A stretch of DNA of 63,842 nucleotides, filler included, from Octopus bimaculoides (lineage: Eukaryota): assembly GCF_001194135.2 (NCBI RefSeq). It is 7 parts of 6 records of this genome, joined end to end, with 100 filler letters (N's around TTAATTAATTAA, not from the genome) between each part and the next. Parts side by side here need not be neighbours in the genome. Positions count along the whole stretch, not along the records: positions 61,336 to 63,842 come from NC_068981.1; 6 more parts are not named here. One strand, 5' to 3'. Made by a program: the position numbers and the translations under genes. The notes under the pieces are model-generated. The model did no database searches. It was not told the origin of the DNA and worked only from the letters and a program-made list of their open reading frames with translations. Shown one piece after another: positions 62,578 through 63,842 of this stretch (the stretch's first letter is position 1; each line of letters begins with the position of its first letter).

Positions 62578-62670
62578 ACATGGAAGTTTGGTGAGTGACG
62601 CAGGAAACCTTTAATATATTCAACATGGAAGTTTGGTGAGTGACGCAGGGAACCCTTAACATTATTTAAT
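62578..62670. repeat. 45-bp tandem duplication
   Basis: ACATGGAAGTTTGGTGAGTGACGCAGG.AACC.TTAA occurs twice. Confidence 0.9.
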
Positions 62671-63842
62671 ATATTCAATAAATTTAGGCGGCGTACTGAA
62701 AGAGTCGTTAGCACGGTAAAATACTTCGCGGCATTCATCTGTCTTTTTGTTCTGAGTTCAAATTCCGCCGAGGTTTACGTTGCATTTCATGGTTTTGTGG
62801 TCGATAAACTAAGTACTTGGGTCGAGATAATTGACTCATCCCCTCCCCCGACCTTATATATATATATATATATTTGCTGATTTATACAGCAAGGATTATT
62901 GAAATTGATTATTGTGCAAGTGAATCAACAACAATACTTTTATATTTATTACCTTTTTAATTTTCCGTTTTCATAATATTTTATTCGGTAACTAATTAGA
63001 ACGTTTCGCTCACATGTAGTAAGGCTTGAAACCTTGAATACAGACTTTGCTTTTAATTTCAAAATATTGAGTAATCAAAAGCAGTTAATTTACATGTTGT
63101 ACGGTGTTGCACGAGAACATATTCCAGGAAGAAAAGCAAATCAAGTGTAACTGATTTAGTATTTTTTTTTCCAATGTACGAATAAGTTAAGAAATCTAAG
63201 AAATAAATCGTTCTAAGGATGCTTAGAGGTTGGAAATGTGAGTCACGGTCAAGAAACGAGGATTACTCGGAGTTTAGATGTGATAAATTACTGTTATATT
63301 AAGGTTCTTTATGATGGGATGGCATTAACAAAGAAGAAGCAAAACGGGATATTGCTGCAAAGACACAGTCATCTAATCATATGTCCATATAGCGACATGT
63401 CAATGGTGTATGTCTGTATGCTTGTTTGTGTTCGTGTGCGCGGGCCCGCATGCGAATGATGCTACATGTGTGTTCGGATGTTATAAATATAACGAAATAA
63501 TTCATGACTATAGATTGAAAGAGAGAAATACATCATACAAAACACGCTGCAATGGCGTTTGATACGTATTCGTAGGGAAACAATGATATCATTAGCTGGC
63601 GGCGTATGTTTTGTTTTCTCAAATGTTTCGTTGTTCAATATAAACCTATTGGCATTTACTTTTCACAGAAATATATTTCAACAAATATATTTACATTAGT
63701 AATATCCATTTCTTCATATTGGCAAAATGATAATGACTGATTCATAAATAAATGTGTTTCTGAACATATTGTGTACAATTAGAATTTCCTTAGGTTTTTA
63801 TTTCGACGCAGAAACACCATCATGCATATATATATATATATA

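Overview
AT-rich, gap-riddled, repeat-dominated eukaryotic DNA. The SINE families and microsatellite load point to an octopus genome, probably Octopus bimaculoides (inference). Six 100-bp spacers (44 N + TTAATTAATTAA + 44 N) split the window into seven joined pieces, so contiguity across them is uncertain. The only recognisable host gene sequence is two + strand exons of a phospholipase B-like 2 (PLBD2-type) gene (20295-20390, 21348-21419); the first carries an in-frame TAA. The rest is tRNA-derived SINEs, RTE and R4-like LINE fragments, mariner/Tc1 remnants, MITEs, mini- and microsatellites and Penelope-like element (PLE) pieces. The most interesting signal is a set of hammerhead ribozyme (HHR) motifs in PLE-type sequence. 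Two are type I HHRs with a palindromic AGCU helix-III loop and an unusually large helix-II insertion (54194-54323 and 23742-23866, both minus; the second lies just upstream of a PLE-like ORF). A third family has five copies of a minimal HHR-like fold with core position A6 substituted. Also notable are two long hairpins, an RTE C-terminus with three C2H2 fingers, a triple nested insertion and a GC-rich 62-bp dimeric minisatellite. Almost all ORFs in the supplied track are microsatellite or N-gap artefacts. All alignments and folds were done by eye; no database searches were run.
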